43,703 nt of DNA from a virus (Duplodnaviria > Caudoviricetes). Both the position numbers and the translations under genes were made by a program. Positions 24,872 to 36,300 of this stretch are shown here, piece after piece. The notes under the pieces are model-generated. The model was given only the letters and a program-made list of their open reading frames with translations. It searched no databases and was not told the origin of the DNA. The stretch spans positions 1 to 43,703 of the IMG/VR virus record IMGVR_UViG_3300029822_000021, one strand, 5' to 3'. The stretch's first letter is position 1, and every line of letters begins with the position of its first letter.

Positions 24872-27156
24872 GCGACATGCCACCGCTGAGACTTATCCAA
24901 GCATCGTTTGCAGCTGGCGAGCTGGCTCCGGCATTGCAGAGCCGCACCGACCTGCAGCAGTATGCGGCCGCCTTGCGCACATGCCGCAATTTTTATGTAC
25001 GCGGCACCGGGGCGCTGAGCAACCGGCCTGGTACGCTGTATGTAGCAGATACAAAGGATGGAGCGCCGGGGAGATTGGTCGGTTTTAGATTTTCTGCAGA
25101 TCAATCATACGTCATCGAATTCGGGGATTATTATGCCTACTTTTACACGGATGGCGGCCAGATTGTCGACGGTGACGGGTATCCCATTGAAATTGAAACA
25201 CCCTACAAATTTGATGAACTCAAAGACCTGAAATTTGCGCAGAGCGCAGATATGCTATTTATCGTGCATCCAGCACATGCGCCACGTGTACTGGTACGCT
25301 ACAGTCACTCCGTATGGACGCTGGAACAGATTGATTTCAAAAAGGGTCCCTTCATGCTGGCCAACGTGGATGATGCCAAGAAGATCACACCCTCGGGGAA
25401 AACTGGGTCAATCACGCTGACTGCCAATGTTGATATCTTTGATGTTCTCCATGTGGGAGCATCATTCCAGTTAGGCCATTGGACGGCGGCCAACAAGATT
25501 AACGGCAAGGCCACGCCATCGGAGTTTGGCACCAGTGCGTCCATTGCATGTCAAGAATCATGGCGATTAAGCACGCACGGTACCTGGACGGGAGCCTTCG
25601 ACATAGAACGTTCGACCGACCAGGGCGAAACGTGGAAGGTACACCGTTCTTATACTGCGTCATCCGATAAGAATTTCGACGTAACCGGCGACGAACAGGG
25701 CATGGCGTGCCTGCTGCGCTTGCGTTTTACCGAACTCGGCAGCGGACAATGTGATTATACACTATTGGTAGACGGTCATATTCGCTATGGCATTGTGCGT
25801 ATTACCGCCGTGACGGATGCCCGTAATGCAGTTGCAGATGTGATCGAGCCGCTGGGGGATACTGACCCGACTGAAGATTGGGCAGAGGGCTCATGGAGCG
25901 ACTTTCGCGGCTGGCCGTCAGTGGTCGGGTTCTATCAAGACCGATTATGCTTTGCCAATACAGCGACGGAACCGCAGACAATTTGGATGTCGCAAACGTC
26001 TGATTACATGAATTTTGCGGTATCGAACCCGATTACAGACACCGATCGCCTGGTCTTTAATTTGGCGTCGCGTGACGTGCAAACCATCCGCTGGATGGTC
26101 GACCTTGGGGATCTGTTGGTGCTCACCGACACTGCTGTCTGGAGTATCGGAGCGGATGGGGCACTGACACCGACCAATGCCGCCCAAAAAAAGCAGGATA
26201 ATCACGGGGCTGCCAATGTCGAACCGGTTGCGGTTGGGAATCAGTGCCTCTATGCCCAGACACAGGGTACACGGCTGCGTGCAGTAGCGTACTCCTTTGA
26301 AACGGCGGGGTATCGCGGCGACGACTTATCACTGCTGGCGGCGCATTTGATGGAGACTTACCGCATTATCGATATGGCGTTCTGCCAGGAGCCAGACCCG
26401 ATTATTTGGATGCTGCGCGAGGACGGCATCCTGCTCGGACTGACCTATGTTCCGGAGCAGAGCATTATTGCCTGGCACCAACACGCCACACATGGGAAAA
26501 TCGAGAGCATCTGCGCGATCCCGGGTGACGGATACGACGAATTATGGGCCATTGTGGATCGCAGCGCTCCGATACCAGATGGGGGAATAACCCCTATGGC
26601 GACCGGGGGAGATGATGGGCGGCGTGTAGAGCGTTTCGCCATGCGCAAGCCAACCGATGATCCGGCCAGCTGGCATTTTGTGGACTGCGGCATGATCTAT
26701 GATGGTGTGCCAGTCGACCATTTCACTGACCTTTGGCCGCTGGACGGCAAAGAGGTCGCAATTCTGGCCGATGGCAAAATCGTGCCACGGCAGACAGTCC
26801 AAGGCGGGGAAATCACGCTGCCGTTCGCCGCCAGCAATGTGCATATCGGCCTCCCGTATACCTCTGACATGGCACCCATGGGGCTATCAGCAGACCTGCA
26901 GGACGGTACAATGCAGTCACGGCTGCTACAAGTCACCGGGGTGTCTATCAGACTGCAGGATGCTATCGGCGGCAAGATCGGGCCGGACACAGCACGACTA
27001 GACCGTATTGATACGGGCGCAGGGTTGTTTACGGGGCTTATCAAGGCGCGCATTGCATCAGATTACATCATTGGTGCTACGGTTTGGTACCGCCAGGACG
27101 ATCCTGTTCCAGTGACGCTGCTGGCGCTGTTGCCAGAAGTCACGATTGGCGGGTGA
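24868..27156 (+). CDS. Tail tubular protein B / nozzle (T7 gp12-like)
   Basis: QASFAAGELAP...R.DL..Y, FAQSADMLFIVH, GWPSVVGFYQDRL, AWHQH, VHIGLPY; alternative start at 24877. Confidence 0.88.
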   Translation: MSDMPPLRLIQASFAAGELAPALQSRTDLQQYAAALRTCRNFYVRGTGALSNRPGTLYVADTKDGAPGRLVGFRFSADQSYVIEFGDYYAYFYTDGGQIVDGDGYPIEIETPYKFDELKDLKFAQSADMLFIVHPAHAPRVLVRYSHSVWTLEQIDFKKGPFMLANVDDAKKITPSGKTGSITLTANVDIFDVLHVGASFQLGHWTAANKINGKATPSEFGTSASIACQESWRLSTHGTWTGAFDIERSTDQGETWKVHRSYTASSDKNFDVTGDEQGMACLLRLRFTELGSGQCDYTLLVDGHIRYGIVRITAVTDARNAVADVIEPLGDTDPTEDWAEGSWSDFRGWPSVVGFYQDRLCFANTATEPQTIWMSQTSDYMNFAVSNPITDTDRLVFNLASRDVQTIRWMVDLGDLLVLTDTAVWSIGADGALTPTNAAQKKQDNHGAANVEPVAVGNQCLYAQTQGTRLRAVAYSFETAGYRGDDLSLLAAHLMETYRIIDMAFCQEPDPIIWMLREDGILLGLTYVPEQSIIAWHQHATHGKIESICAIPGDGYDELWAIVDRSAPIPDGGITPMATGGDDGRRVERFAMRKPTDDPASWHFVDCGMIYDGVPVDHFTDLWPLDGKEVAILADGKIVPRQTVQGGEITLPFAASNVHIGLPYTSDMAPMGLSADLQDGTMQSRLLQVTGVSIRLQDAIGGKIGPDTARLDRIDTGAGLFTGLIKARIASDYIIGATVWYRQDDPVPVTLLALLPEVTIGG

Positions 27157-27161
27157 GAGCG

Positions 27162-27644
27162 ATGAGCACCATTTTAACGATTCAGCCAGCGCACCCGGAT
27201 GACTGCGCGCCGATCGCGGCTTGTATGCGCACAGACGATCGTCGCGAAGTGGCGGTGCTGGGGCAAACGCCGACCGAGGCATTGCAGGAGTCGCTGGCCG
27301 AGAGTTCCCTGGTATATACAGTACTGGTTGAAGGGCAACCAGCTGCCATGTTCGGACTGATGCCACTGTCCGTCATTGGTAATCATGCGTGCATATGGAT
27401 GCTGACTGGCGATCCGATAGCTGACATAGCGCCAATCACATTCGTGCGCGAGAGTCGCCAGATAATCAACCGGTTCCTGGATTTATATCCCGTCTTGGAA
27501 AATTGGGTCGATACGCGGTACACACAGGCGATTAAATGGCTGACGCTGTGCGGTGCACACTTCGATGAGACGCGAGAGTTTGGGCCGGAGCGGATCGCGT
27601 TCCGGCATTTTACAATAGGGAGGCAAAGCAGATGTGCGATGTAG
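27162..27644 (+). CDS. GNAT-like virion assembly protein (T7 gp13/DUF2833-like)
   Basis: MRTDDRREV...AMFG...IWML...LENWVD......IKWL...GA.F. Confidence 0.75.
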   Translation: MSTILTIQPAHPDDCAPIAACMRTDDRREVAVLGQTPTEALQESLAESSLVYTVLVEGQPAAMFGLMPLSVIGNHACIWMLTGDPIADIAPITFVRESRQIINRFLDLYPVLENWVDTRYTQAIKWLTLCGAHFDETREFGPERIAFRHFTIGRQSRCAM

Positions 27645-28198
27645 CAACAATAATGCTGGTTAGCGCTGGTATCGGGGCTGTAGGCAACCTGGTACAGATG
27701 GGGTCGTCTATCGCCTCAGGTTCCGCACAGCGCAAATATAACGAAGAGATCGCACAGTCCGCTGAGAAGCAGGCGCAGGCGATCGGCGATCAAGCACATT
27801 GGGACATCTTGCGATTGCGCGACGATGTTTCGCAGTTTACAGCCGGGCAGCGCGCTGTGCAGGCCGCCTCCGGTATGGCCGGTTCTCAATCGGCACTGGA
27901 AGTGTTGTCTGACACCGAGCGCCAAGCGCGGATGGATGAGATGACTATCCAGCGCAATGCGGATCTGCAACGTTGGCAGATGACCGATCAGGCACGCTTG
28001 GCGCGCGAGGCTGGAAAGAACGCCTATACTGCCGGATGGCTGGGCGCTGGTAGCAGTCTGCTTGGAGCAGCCGGATCGGTTGCTGATATTTGGGCGCGCT
28101 GGTCGCCAACCAGTCGCGGCCAGACGGCGTCCAGTTCATCGCAAAACTATTATGGCCGTCCATATCTGGGAGTAGACAGGGGGATGCAGTCCCGATGA
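27632..28198 (+). CDS. Internal virion (ejection) protein, T7 gp14-like
   Basis: MCD start, Gly/Ala hydrophobic N-terminus, QRAVQAASG....S motif. Confidence 0.75.
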   Translation: MCDVATIMLVSAGIGAVGNLVQMGSSIASGSAQRKYNEEIAQSAEKQAQAIGDQAHWDILRLRDDVSQFTAGQRAVQAASGMAGSQSALEVLSDTERQARMDEMTIQRNADLQRWQMTDQARLAREAGKNAYTAGWLGAGSSLLGAAGSVADIWARWSPTSRGQTASSSSQNYYGRPYLGVDRGMQSR

Positions 28199-30318
28199 AA
28201 GTACCAACTTATCAAAGACAAGTGGGCGCGAACCTGCCGCAACCGGCGCAGCCGTCTCCGGAGGCATCCGGTGTGGGCGTGGCCCAAGCGGCGGGGGGTC
28301 TGGGGTCCACTGCTCAGAATGTCGGCCTGATGCTGGCGCAGCACGGTATCGAGATGCAAGAACGCGAGGATGCCAGGCAGACCCAGGAGGCCGAAACCGC
28401 TTTTCGCAAAGCCTTGGATGATCTGCAACACAATCAACGAAACGGCCTGCTTAATCGCCAGTTGAGCGATGCAGTTGGCATCACGATTGATTTTGATAAA
28501 CAGGCCGAGGAACTGCGCAAGCAGTACCTGGATACGCTGCCCGGAAAGACGCAGAAGGAGCAATTTGGCCTGGCTTCGGACTCGCACATTCAGGCCGCAC
28601 GCAGTGCGGTACTGCGTTATGAAACCGATCAAATACGTAAGGGCGAAGATACTGCCTACGCCAATGCGCTGGCCGCCGACTTTGCGGACGTGGCGCGCGA
28701 CCCATCGCAGGAGACACTAGTGCGCAAGATTGCTGACGCCACCAGCCGGATTAATACCTACGGCGCAATGCGCGGCTGGACACCGGAAATGACCGAGGCA
28801 CAAGCGCTGAAGGTGTCCGGGCAAATGGCATTCGCGGCGATCACGCAGCAGCTAACTAGTAATAATATCGCGGCTGCACAGTCGATTTACGACCAGCTCT
28901 CTGGGGCGATCAAGGCCTATTCGCTAGAAAAAGATCTGCAATTACGGGAGCAGTTAAAGAAAGCGGATTTGAACCAAGCGCAGACAACCTTGAATTTGCT
29001 AACGTCGAAGGCAGCGGCCATTCAAAGTGATGCAGATCTCGGCAAGCTCATCGCCGATGGATTGAACGTCATTGAAGCACAAAACAAATACGGGTTCACC
29101 GACGACGCCAAGGTTGCTATGCGTCAATCCTTCGTTGGCGGGGTGGTTACTAACCGGGTCATGACCGCGTTGAATGTCGAAAAGGATCCGGAAAAGGCGC
29201 AGAAGATACTGGATGGACACATCAATGATATGGATGCTCCCACGTGGGCAAAGCTGCAGGCACAAATCAGCGAAGCAGGCCAATACATAGAATACGAGCG
29301 TATGTGGGACACCGATTTATCGTTGCTACTGCTCTCTGACGGCACTCCGGACGAAAACGCTATATATGCCAAGTTGGAAGCAACCTATAACCTGCAAGGC
29401 GAACAGCTGGTTCGGGCGCGCAGTTATGTTTCGCAGAAAGTGTCCGCCGCTGCAGGGGCGATGAACGCGCAGCGCAATGCCACCTGGAGTACATTTTTAG
29501 ACGCGGTGGATGCTGTCATAATCAAAGGCGGAACTAAAGAGCAAGCCATGGCCGTATGGCGGGACACAAAGTTCCCGCGTGAACATGACCGCCTGGAAGG
29601 CCGCGATTATATTGATGGCCGTTTTAAGCCTGCTGAGTTTGCAGCCAAAACAGATCTAGGCGTATGGAGTGGATTGTACAGTATGGCCGTAAATGGCACC
29701 TGCACATTGACTGATTTGCAGGCGGCCGCCAGGCAGGGCGTGCTTTCGGACGCGGACTATAAGTCGCTATTTAAGATGATCGTCGACTCCGGCGATACGA
29801 AGAAAAACGAGGAACAGAAGCGCATAGTAGACTACATCGGCAGCCTTGCCCGAACGAAGTTTGCAGGTGATACCACCAAGCAGACCGAATTTCGGGCGTT
29901 TTTTGAGTACTCCACTAAAGATATGTCTTTTATTGAGGCGCAAGCATTCATCCAGAATAACAAAGACGCCTGGAAGAGTCATTTTGAGACGACCGAGAAA
30001 CTGGGCAAAGAAGCAGCAAAACTCTATAGTATTTTTGACAAAACAAAAGCGGATGCCGTCATTGACGGCCTGCGCGTGGAATTCGGGTCTACGGTTACCG
30101 TCGATAACTTAATGGCTTTCGAAACTGCGATTGGTGGCTACACCAACGAGAATCAAAACGCCATCCTCAATCTATACCGACTGAAAATCCCCATTACCAG
30201 CGCCACCGTGCAGGCACTGATATCAATCTATCCTACCGGCCTCGTACCCAAAGGTACTGGAGCCGCAGGACCCAGCGCGGAATTTTGGGAGGCGATCACA
30301 CGTGCCGCAGGATATTGA
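28195..30318 (+). CDS. Internal virion (ejection) protein, gp15-like
   Basis: MKVPTYQRQV start, long alpha-helical; between gp14-like and giant genes. Confidence 0.7.
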   Translation: MKVPTYQRQVGANLPQPAQPSPEASGVGVAQAAGGLGSTAQNVGLMLAQHGIEMQEREDARQTQEAETAFRKALDDLQHNQRNGLLNRQLSDAVGITIDFDKQAEELRKQYLDTLPGKTQKEQFGLASDSHIQAARSAVLRYETDQIRKGEDTAYANALAADFADVARDPSQETLVRKIADATSRINTYGAMRGWTPEMTEAQALKVSGQMAFAAITQQLTSNNIAAAQSIYDQLSGAIKAYSLEKDLQLREQLKKADLNQAQTTLNLLTSKAAAIQSDADLGKLIADGLNVIEAQNKYGFTDDAKVAMRQSFVGGVVTNRVMTALNVEKDPEKAQKILDGHINDMDAPTWAKLQAQISEAGQYIEYERMWDTDLSLLLLSDGTPDENAIYAKLEATYNLQGEQLVRARSYVSQKVSAAAGAMNAQRNATWSTFLDAVDAVIIKGGTKEQAMAVWRDTKFPREHDRLEGRDYIDGRFKPAEFAAKTDLGVWSGLYSMAVNGTCTLTDLQAAARQGVLSDADYKSLFKMIVDSGDTKKNEEQKRIVDYIGSLARTKFAGDTTKQTEFRAFFEYSTKDMSFIEAQAFIQNNKDAWKSHFETTEKLGKEAAKLYSIFDKTKADAVIDGLRVEFGSTVTVDNLMAFETAIGGYTNENQNAILNLYRLKIPITSATVQALISIYPTGLVPKGTGAAGPSAEFWEAITRAAGY

Positions 30319-33300
30319 TCTGAGTTATCTGCCAATCGAACTACAGCAACGCGTGCGAAACGCGTTTTATACTGATCCGGCCTCCCGCCTTGACGAAATC
30401 TTCCGTGCTTCGGCAGGCAAAGACCCTGCTAATGTGGCGCGCGCCATTGAGATCGCGTCTCAGCTGGATGTTACACCGGACGCGGTCATGGCCGAAAAGC
30501 TGACATCGGGTGATATCACCGCAGCGCCACCGAAGGCGTATTGGAAATGGCTACACGAGTATCGACCAATCACGACCGACTTTATTAGTGACCCGTACCG
30601 GATGACAGCTGTGCGCGACATCTTGGATGATCTTGATCGCAGCGAAAGTTGGGGAGCACAGCGCAAACGCGAGTTGCGGCTGCATAGCCTGACGGTACGT
30701 CAATCAGAGTTAGAGTGGGAGCGGATGATGTCCGCCTTGATTAGCGGCCAGATGCCGCAGTTGTATAACGGTGAACTGTCCGCTATCGAGCAAGAATTAG
30801 CGCAACTGTCAGCTGAGGTCGATGAAGGCTTTTGGCTGAACGTTATGCAGCAGCCAGCTCAATGGGCTTTCATGGCGAAACATGGCGCTACTGGTGCGGC
30901 GATAGGCGGAACCATAGGTGGAGTGGGAAGTGGCGTCGCTGCAATTTTGGCTGGTAATGCTGGACCACAAGCATTGATCCCAGAGGAAGTCGTTACGGTT
31001 CCTACCGCAGTGGTAGGTGGCGCAAAAGTCGGAGCCAAGATAGGCGGTAAGCTGGGCGCAGCCAAAGCCATGGTGATGCTAGAAGGTGGATCGGCATTCC
31101 GCGAACTATCGCAAATGCGCGATGACAACGGCGATCCTATTGACCCGCGCTTAGCGGCGGCTGGGGCATTGGCAGTCGGGCTGATCAATGGCGGGATGGA
31201 ATATCTCAGCATGTCGACGTTTCTAAAATTACTAACGGTTGTTCCTGGTGCTAAACAAGTACTGTCTGTTATCAGCGAGGCGAAGTTGACCGAACTCGCG
31301 AAGCAAGCCGGAAAGAACGCCAGCAAGAGCGTGATCTTAGGAGTTGTTAAAAACTATCTGGTTTCGCTGATTACAGAAGCTGGTACGGAAACAGGACAAG
31401 AGGCATCACCTCAAATAGTCGCCAACGTCCTGAAATCAATTTCCAGGCAGCCGTTTACTGCGCCGGAGACACGCGCAGCCACCGCCAAAGAGATCTGGCA
31501 GCGCTCCACCGGCGTGATTGTCCCGACAATCCAGTCGACCGCCTTTTGGGGTGCAATTACAGGCGGGATTGGGCTGGGGATCAACGCAGTTCAAAATACT
31601 CTGCAGGTGCAGCAGGCCGAGCGCAACGCGCAAACATACCGCGCTGCCGGACAGGTTGCGGCGCAGTCCCAGCTGCTCGACCGCACATCGACCGGCTATC
31701 GCGATCATATGGCCGAAGTCCTGAAGGGTAGTCCGCTCGAAACGGTATATGTAGATCCAGAACCGTTTGTAACATTGCTGCAGTCGGCGGCTGAAGAGCA
31801 GGGCCAGCAATCGCAGGAAGTGCTGCGTCTTGCGGCTCGCGAACTGGGTGTTAGTGACACGGAAATGCAACAGGCGCTGGAGAGCGGTACGCCGATCGCA
31901 GTGCCTTACGCGGCCTGGCTGCAGCAGACCGCCAAGACTCCAGCCTATAATGCACTTGAAGAGCATGTACGGTTCAGCCCTGATGGCCTTACCCTGGCAC
32001 AGGCCAAGAGCGAGGAACAACGCATTGATCAAATAACAGAGCAGGAACAGCTACGAGCGCAAGAGCTGATTGCCGAATCAGAGCAGAATCAGGCCGGTTA
32101 TCAGCTGGTGTATGACGATATCCGCAGCAAGTTGCAGGCGGCCGGACGACCGGAAGGGCAGTTCACGGCACGCCGCTGGGATGCGTACATCGACAAGAGC
32201 GCCAGGCTATGGGCGGCGCACGCTGTCACGGAAGCGGCGCGGCGTGGGATTACCGTTGAACAGTGGTATCAAGGGACTAACCGCCCGGAGATTCGCCGGG
32301 GGCAGGTGGACACGCAGGGCCTCGTACTGAACCAGCAGGCCCTCCATGCCTCGCTGGCTGATTTCGATCGGTTTTCGCTGGAGAAAATCGGCACCGGAGT
32401 TGGCCAGAACCTGAAGGGGTGGGGGCTGAACTTCACCACCTCAGTGGCGCTACGAGACTACTATCGGCAAATGTTTGAACAGTACCGCGCGGAGGATGGC
32501 CAAAAGGCGATTGGCTACCGGGTTAATATTGCGGAAGACAGCGATCTGATGAACTGGGAGACCAGCCTGGGCGAACAGCCTGCCAAAGTCCAGCAAGCCG
32601 TCGAGAAGGTTTTGGAGGCGCATCCAGAGTTAGACTCCCTGGGCAATATTAACGCCAGGGAGTTTTATTATGCGCTGGCGGAGACCTTGGGCGGAACAAA
32701 AGAGGCGTCCTTGGCACTACGCAATGCCGGAATACCGGGTCACAGCTACGTGATGGACGCTCATGAGTATGGTAAGGTGAAGAACTTTGTGATTTATGAT
32801 GAGCAGTCCATAGAGATTAAGGGGAAGGAGTACTTTCAGAGCGGGGTCAATGAGCAGTCTGCAAGCCTTCCGCAAAATGAAGCAGAAAACATTGAACGTG
32901 GTACCGCAGCAATGGAAGAGGTTATCGAAAACCATACCGACTTTCTGAACGCCATGTACCGTCAGGAGGTAGGCGGGATATCATTTTATTGGGGGGAGCC
33001 GGGGCAGGCACCGGAATTTAAAAAGGGTAGCGGCATATCGAAGATCATAGCCAAATGCACTTTCGAAGGTCTGGACGGAGAAGCGGTGGCTAGAAAGATG
33101 GTCGAGGTACTCGCTAAAGGAGAACTGGGGGAGGTTTACGGCCCACCCGAAGGGCAAAGGGTTAACATTGGTTATGACGGTCACACGGCGGTGCTCTCGT
33201 TGTATCGCGATAAAAATCTGCAAACGTGGCTGTTGACCGGGTGGAAAAACGATACAGAGGTTTCCGTTGATTCCGGAGAGGGTGACGGCTCTGCCGGACC

Positions 33301-36300
33301 TACGCTCTCCGAGCCTATGCGTACTCGTCCCGGAGAGGGAGCGGAAACCTCTGTTGATGATATTATACCAAAACCGGGCACATTATTCCACCGTATACCA
33401 CAGACACAAACTGAAGCCTTCAAAGCGTGGTTTGGTGACAGCCAGGTTGTCGACGAAAACGGGCAACCGTTGGTGGTCTATCACGGCACGCAGCGGCCTG
33501 ACCGCATTGGAGACCGTTTCAGGAAAGACCGGGCAACCTCCGGGCCGATGTCCTTCTTTACAGATAATGCTGAAATCGCCAGCAACTATGCGACTGGCAA
33601 GCAGGACACTTCCTTGACTCGCGAAGACACCAGTTATGAAAACTGGTACCAGGTCAAGGTTAGGGGCAAAGATAATCCCGTCAACATCGTGCAGGCTTGG
33701 CACTCATTGTCAGCGGAAGAACGGCGTCGCATCAGCGAATTGGCACCCCGCATTACTGAGAATGATGATGGCGATATTTACCTGGCCGGTCCGGAACACA
33801 AGACAGGGTTGGGCGGGTACACCTGGCAGATCAAAGAGGCCAAGGGCAATGCGCTGGCAGCATTAGTCGATGCATGGCTTAACGATGGAACCCTGTACAA
33901 TAACGAGGATAAATTCGCGCAAGTGCTGGATCTCGCAGGGTTAAAAGACTATCAGTATGATCCGCCGAACGCATCTTACCCGGGTGTCTATCCGGTGTAT
34001 TTGGCGATCCGGAACCCGTTCGACACAGCTAATATTCCTGATGATGTTGTGCAAGCGCTCGAAAAGCATTCTCAGACAGTACAGTTTGAGGATGGCCAGG
34101 GCGGCGCGGACATGTGGGACAAAGAAAGCCGCAGGCCGGAAGACTGGATACAAATGCTTCGCGACGATATTGCAGGCGGCACGACACGAGCGTGGACCAG
34201 TATTCCTGATTGGGTCACTGACACGCTGAAAGAACTGGGATATGACGGTATCAAGGATGCCGGTGGTAAGCTAGGCGGCTTAGGCCACACAGTATGGATT
34301 CCGTTCGAGGAAACGCAAGTCAAGAGCGCCACCGGCAATCGTGGTACATTTGGCCCTAATAATCCGAGTATCCTGCTGCAAGGCGACAAAAACACCCCGC
34401 GTGGCGCGGTGCACATCGGACAGTCCAAGAGCGTTATTGCTCTTCTGCAAGCCGCCGACCCCAGCACGTTCCTCCATGAGTCGGCGCACCTGTGGCTGAA
34501 TGATATGTTTGAATACGTTCGTTCGGGACAGGCCAACGAATCCTATCTGGCAGATTGGAAGACCTTGTCCGGTTGGCTGCAAGTCGCGGACACCCAGGCC
34601 GAGTTGACCACCGAGCAGCAAGAGAAATTTAGCAGAGGCTTTGAAACGTACCTCATGGAAGGCAAGGCACCTTCGCGCGGTTTACGCAAGGTTTTTGCAG
34701 CCTTGAAGCAATGGATGATCCGGGTGTACCGGTCGGTTGTACCACTGAATGCACCGATGTCTGACGCCGTGCGCGGCGTCATGGATCGGATGCTGGCCAC
34801 CGAGGAGGAGATCCGCCAGGCTGAGGCAGCCGAAGCAGCGGATCAGCAGCTGATCGGCGAGGCAGATGTCGCGCCGGAAGTACTGGCGACACTGGACGAC
34901 TATCGCGCCCGAGCACACGAGCAAGCTACCGCCCAGCTGCTTAAAAGCCGCATGGAGGAAATGACAGCGCAGGCCATTGAGAAGATGGAAGATGAATGGA
35001 TTCAAACCAAAGATGCGGTCAGCGAGGAAATGGCGGTTGAACCGCTGTTTGCCGCGCAACAGGATCTGCTCTCTTTTATGGGTGCAGATACTGACTTGCG
35101 CAGTCTGGCGTCCATGTATCGCCGGGACACACTCCATACAAAGGTGCGAGAGCGCTTTGAGCGCATTGCTGAAAACTATGGCCTCAGCGGCGACGAACTG
35201 GCCTGCAAAATTCTCGACGGCCAGACCATCCGCGAAGAACTGCAGCGGCGTACCGAGCAGCGCATGGAAGCGCAGCATCCGGAATTGCTGCCGGAGAACC
35301 TGCGCGCAACCGCCCAGGCGGCCATCCACAATGAGGCACGCAGCGAACTGATCGCACTGGAAAACGCTATCCTACAGGAAATGGTCTCGAAGGCGCAGGC
35401 GGGTGCGATCAACCGGCGCGCTGCGCTCCAACGCGCACAAGTCATGTCACGCGCAGCGTGGAGTAAGGCGCGGGAGATTTTGAGCCGGACAAACTATAAA
35501 GAAGCCACCGACGCCACCAAGTATTTTGCAGCTGAGCGCGATGCGGCTGTCAAGGCAGCCTTGGCCAAACAACGTGGCGATCTGACCAGGGCACAGAAAT
35601 ATGCTGAGCAACGCATGGTGGCGCACGCTTTGGCACGCGAAGCGCTGAAGAACAAAGTGGAAGTCGACAAGATTTTCCGCTACATTCAGCCGCTGACCAA
35701 GCATGGCCGTAGCCTGATGAATATGCCGAAGGAATTTGTCTTTCAGATTGACGCCTTACTAGGACGCTTTGGCTTTGGGCCAGGGCCGGAGATCGCGCCA
35801 GGTGATATTGTGGAAAGCCTGTCAGACTTCGCAGCGCGCATGAAGGACGAATATCACGAGTTGCCGTTTAGTAGTACAATGTTCGCGGAGGCTTACCGCA
35901 AACCCTATCAGGAACTGACCTTGGGCGAACTACGCGACCTGCACCAGGCCTTAAAATCATTGGCACGAATGGGCCGCAATTATAACAGCTTCCTGAGCCT
36001 GTTCAAAGGGGCCGATATCAGAATCGCGGGAGCTGAGACGCGCGCCAGTATCGCGGAGCAGGTTGGCAACCCGCGTGCACATGAGAAGTATATCGGCAGC
36101 GGCAAAGGCAGCGAAAAGGCGCTCAGCATCTCCGACGAAATAGCCGGATGGCTGGTCAAGCCGGAGTTTTACGCACGCTTCCTGGACGGTGATCAGGACG
36201 GACCATTCCAGAATTATTTCCTACGTCCGCTGAAACAGGCACGCGATGCCGAACAGGTCATGCGAGAAAAGATTATGCACGATCTATCGCAGCTGTTCAA

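Noticed and set aside
21773-35329. Long antisense ORFs (e.g. 21773-22330, 23534-24109, 31436-32032, 34682-35329)
   Set aside because: Shadow ORFs opposite well-supported genes in GC-rich sequence; no recognisable motifs.
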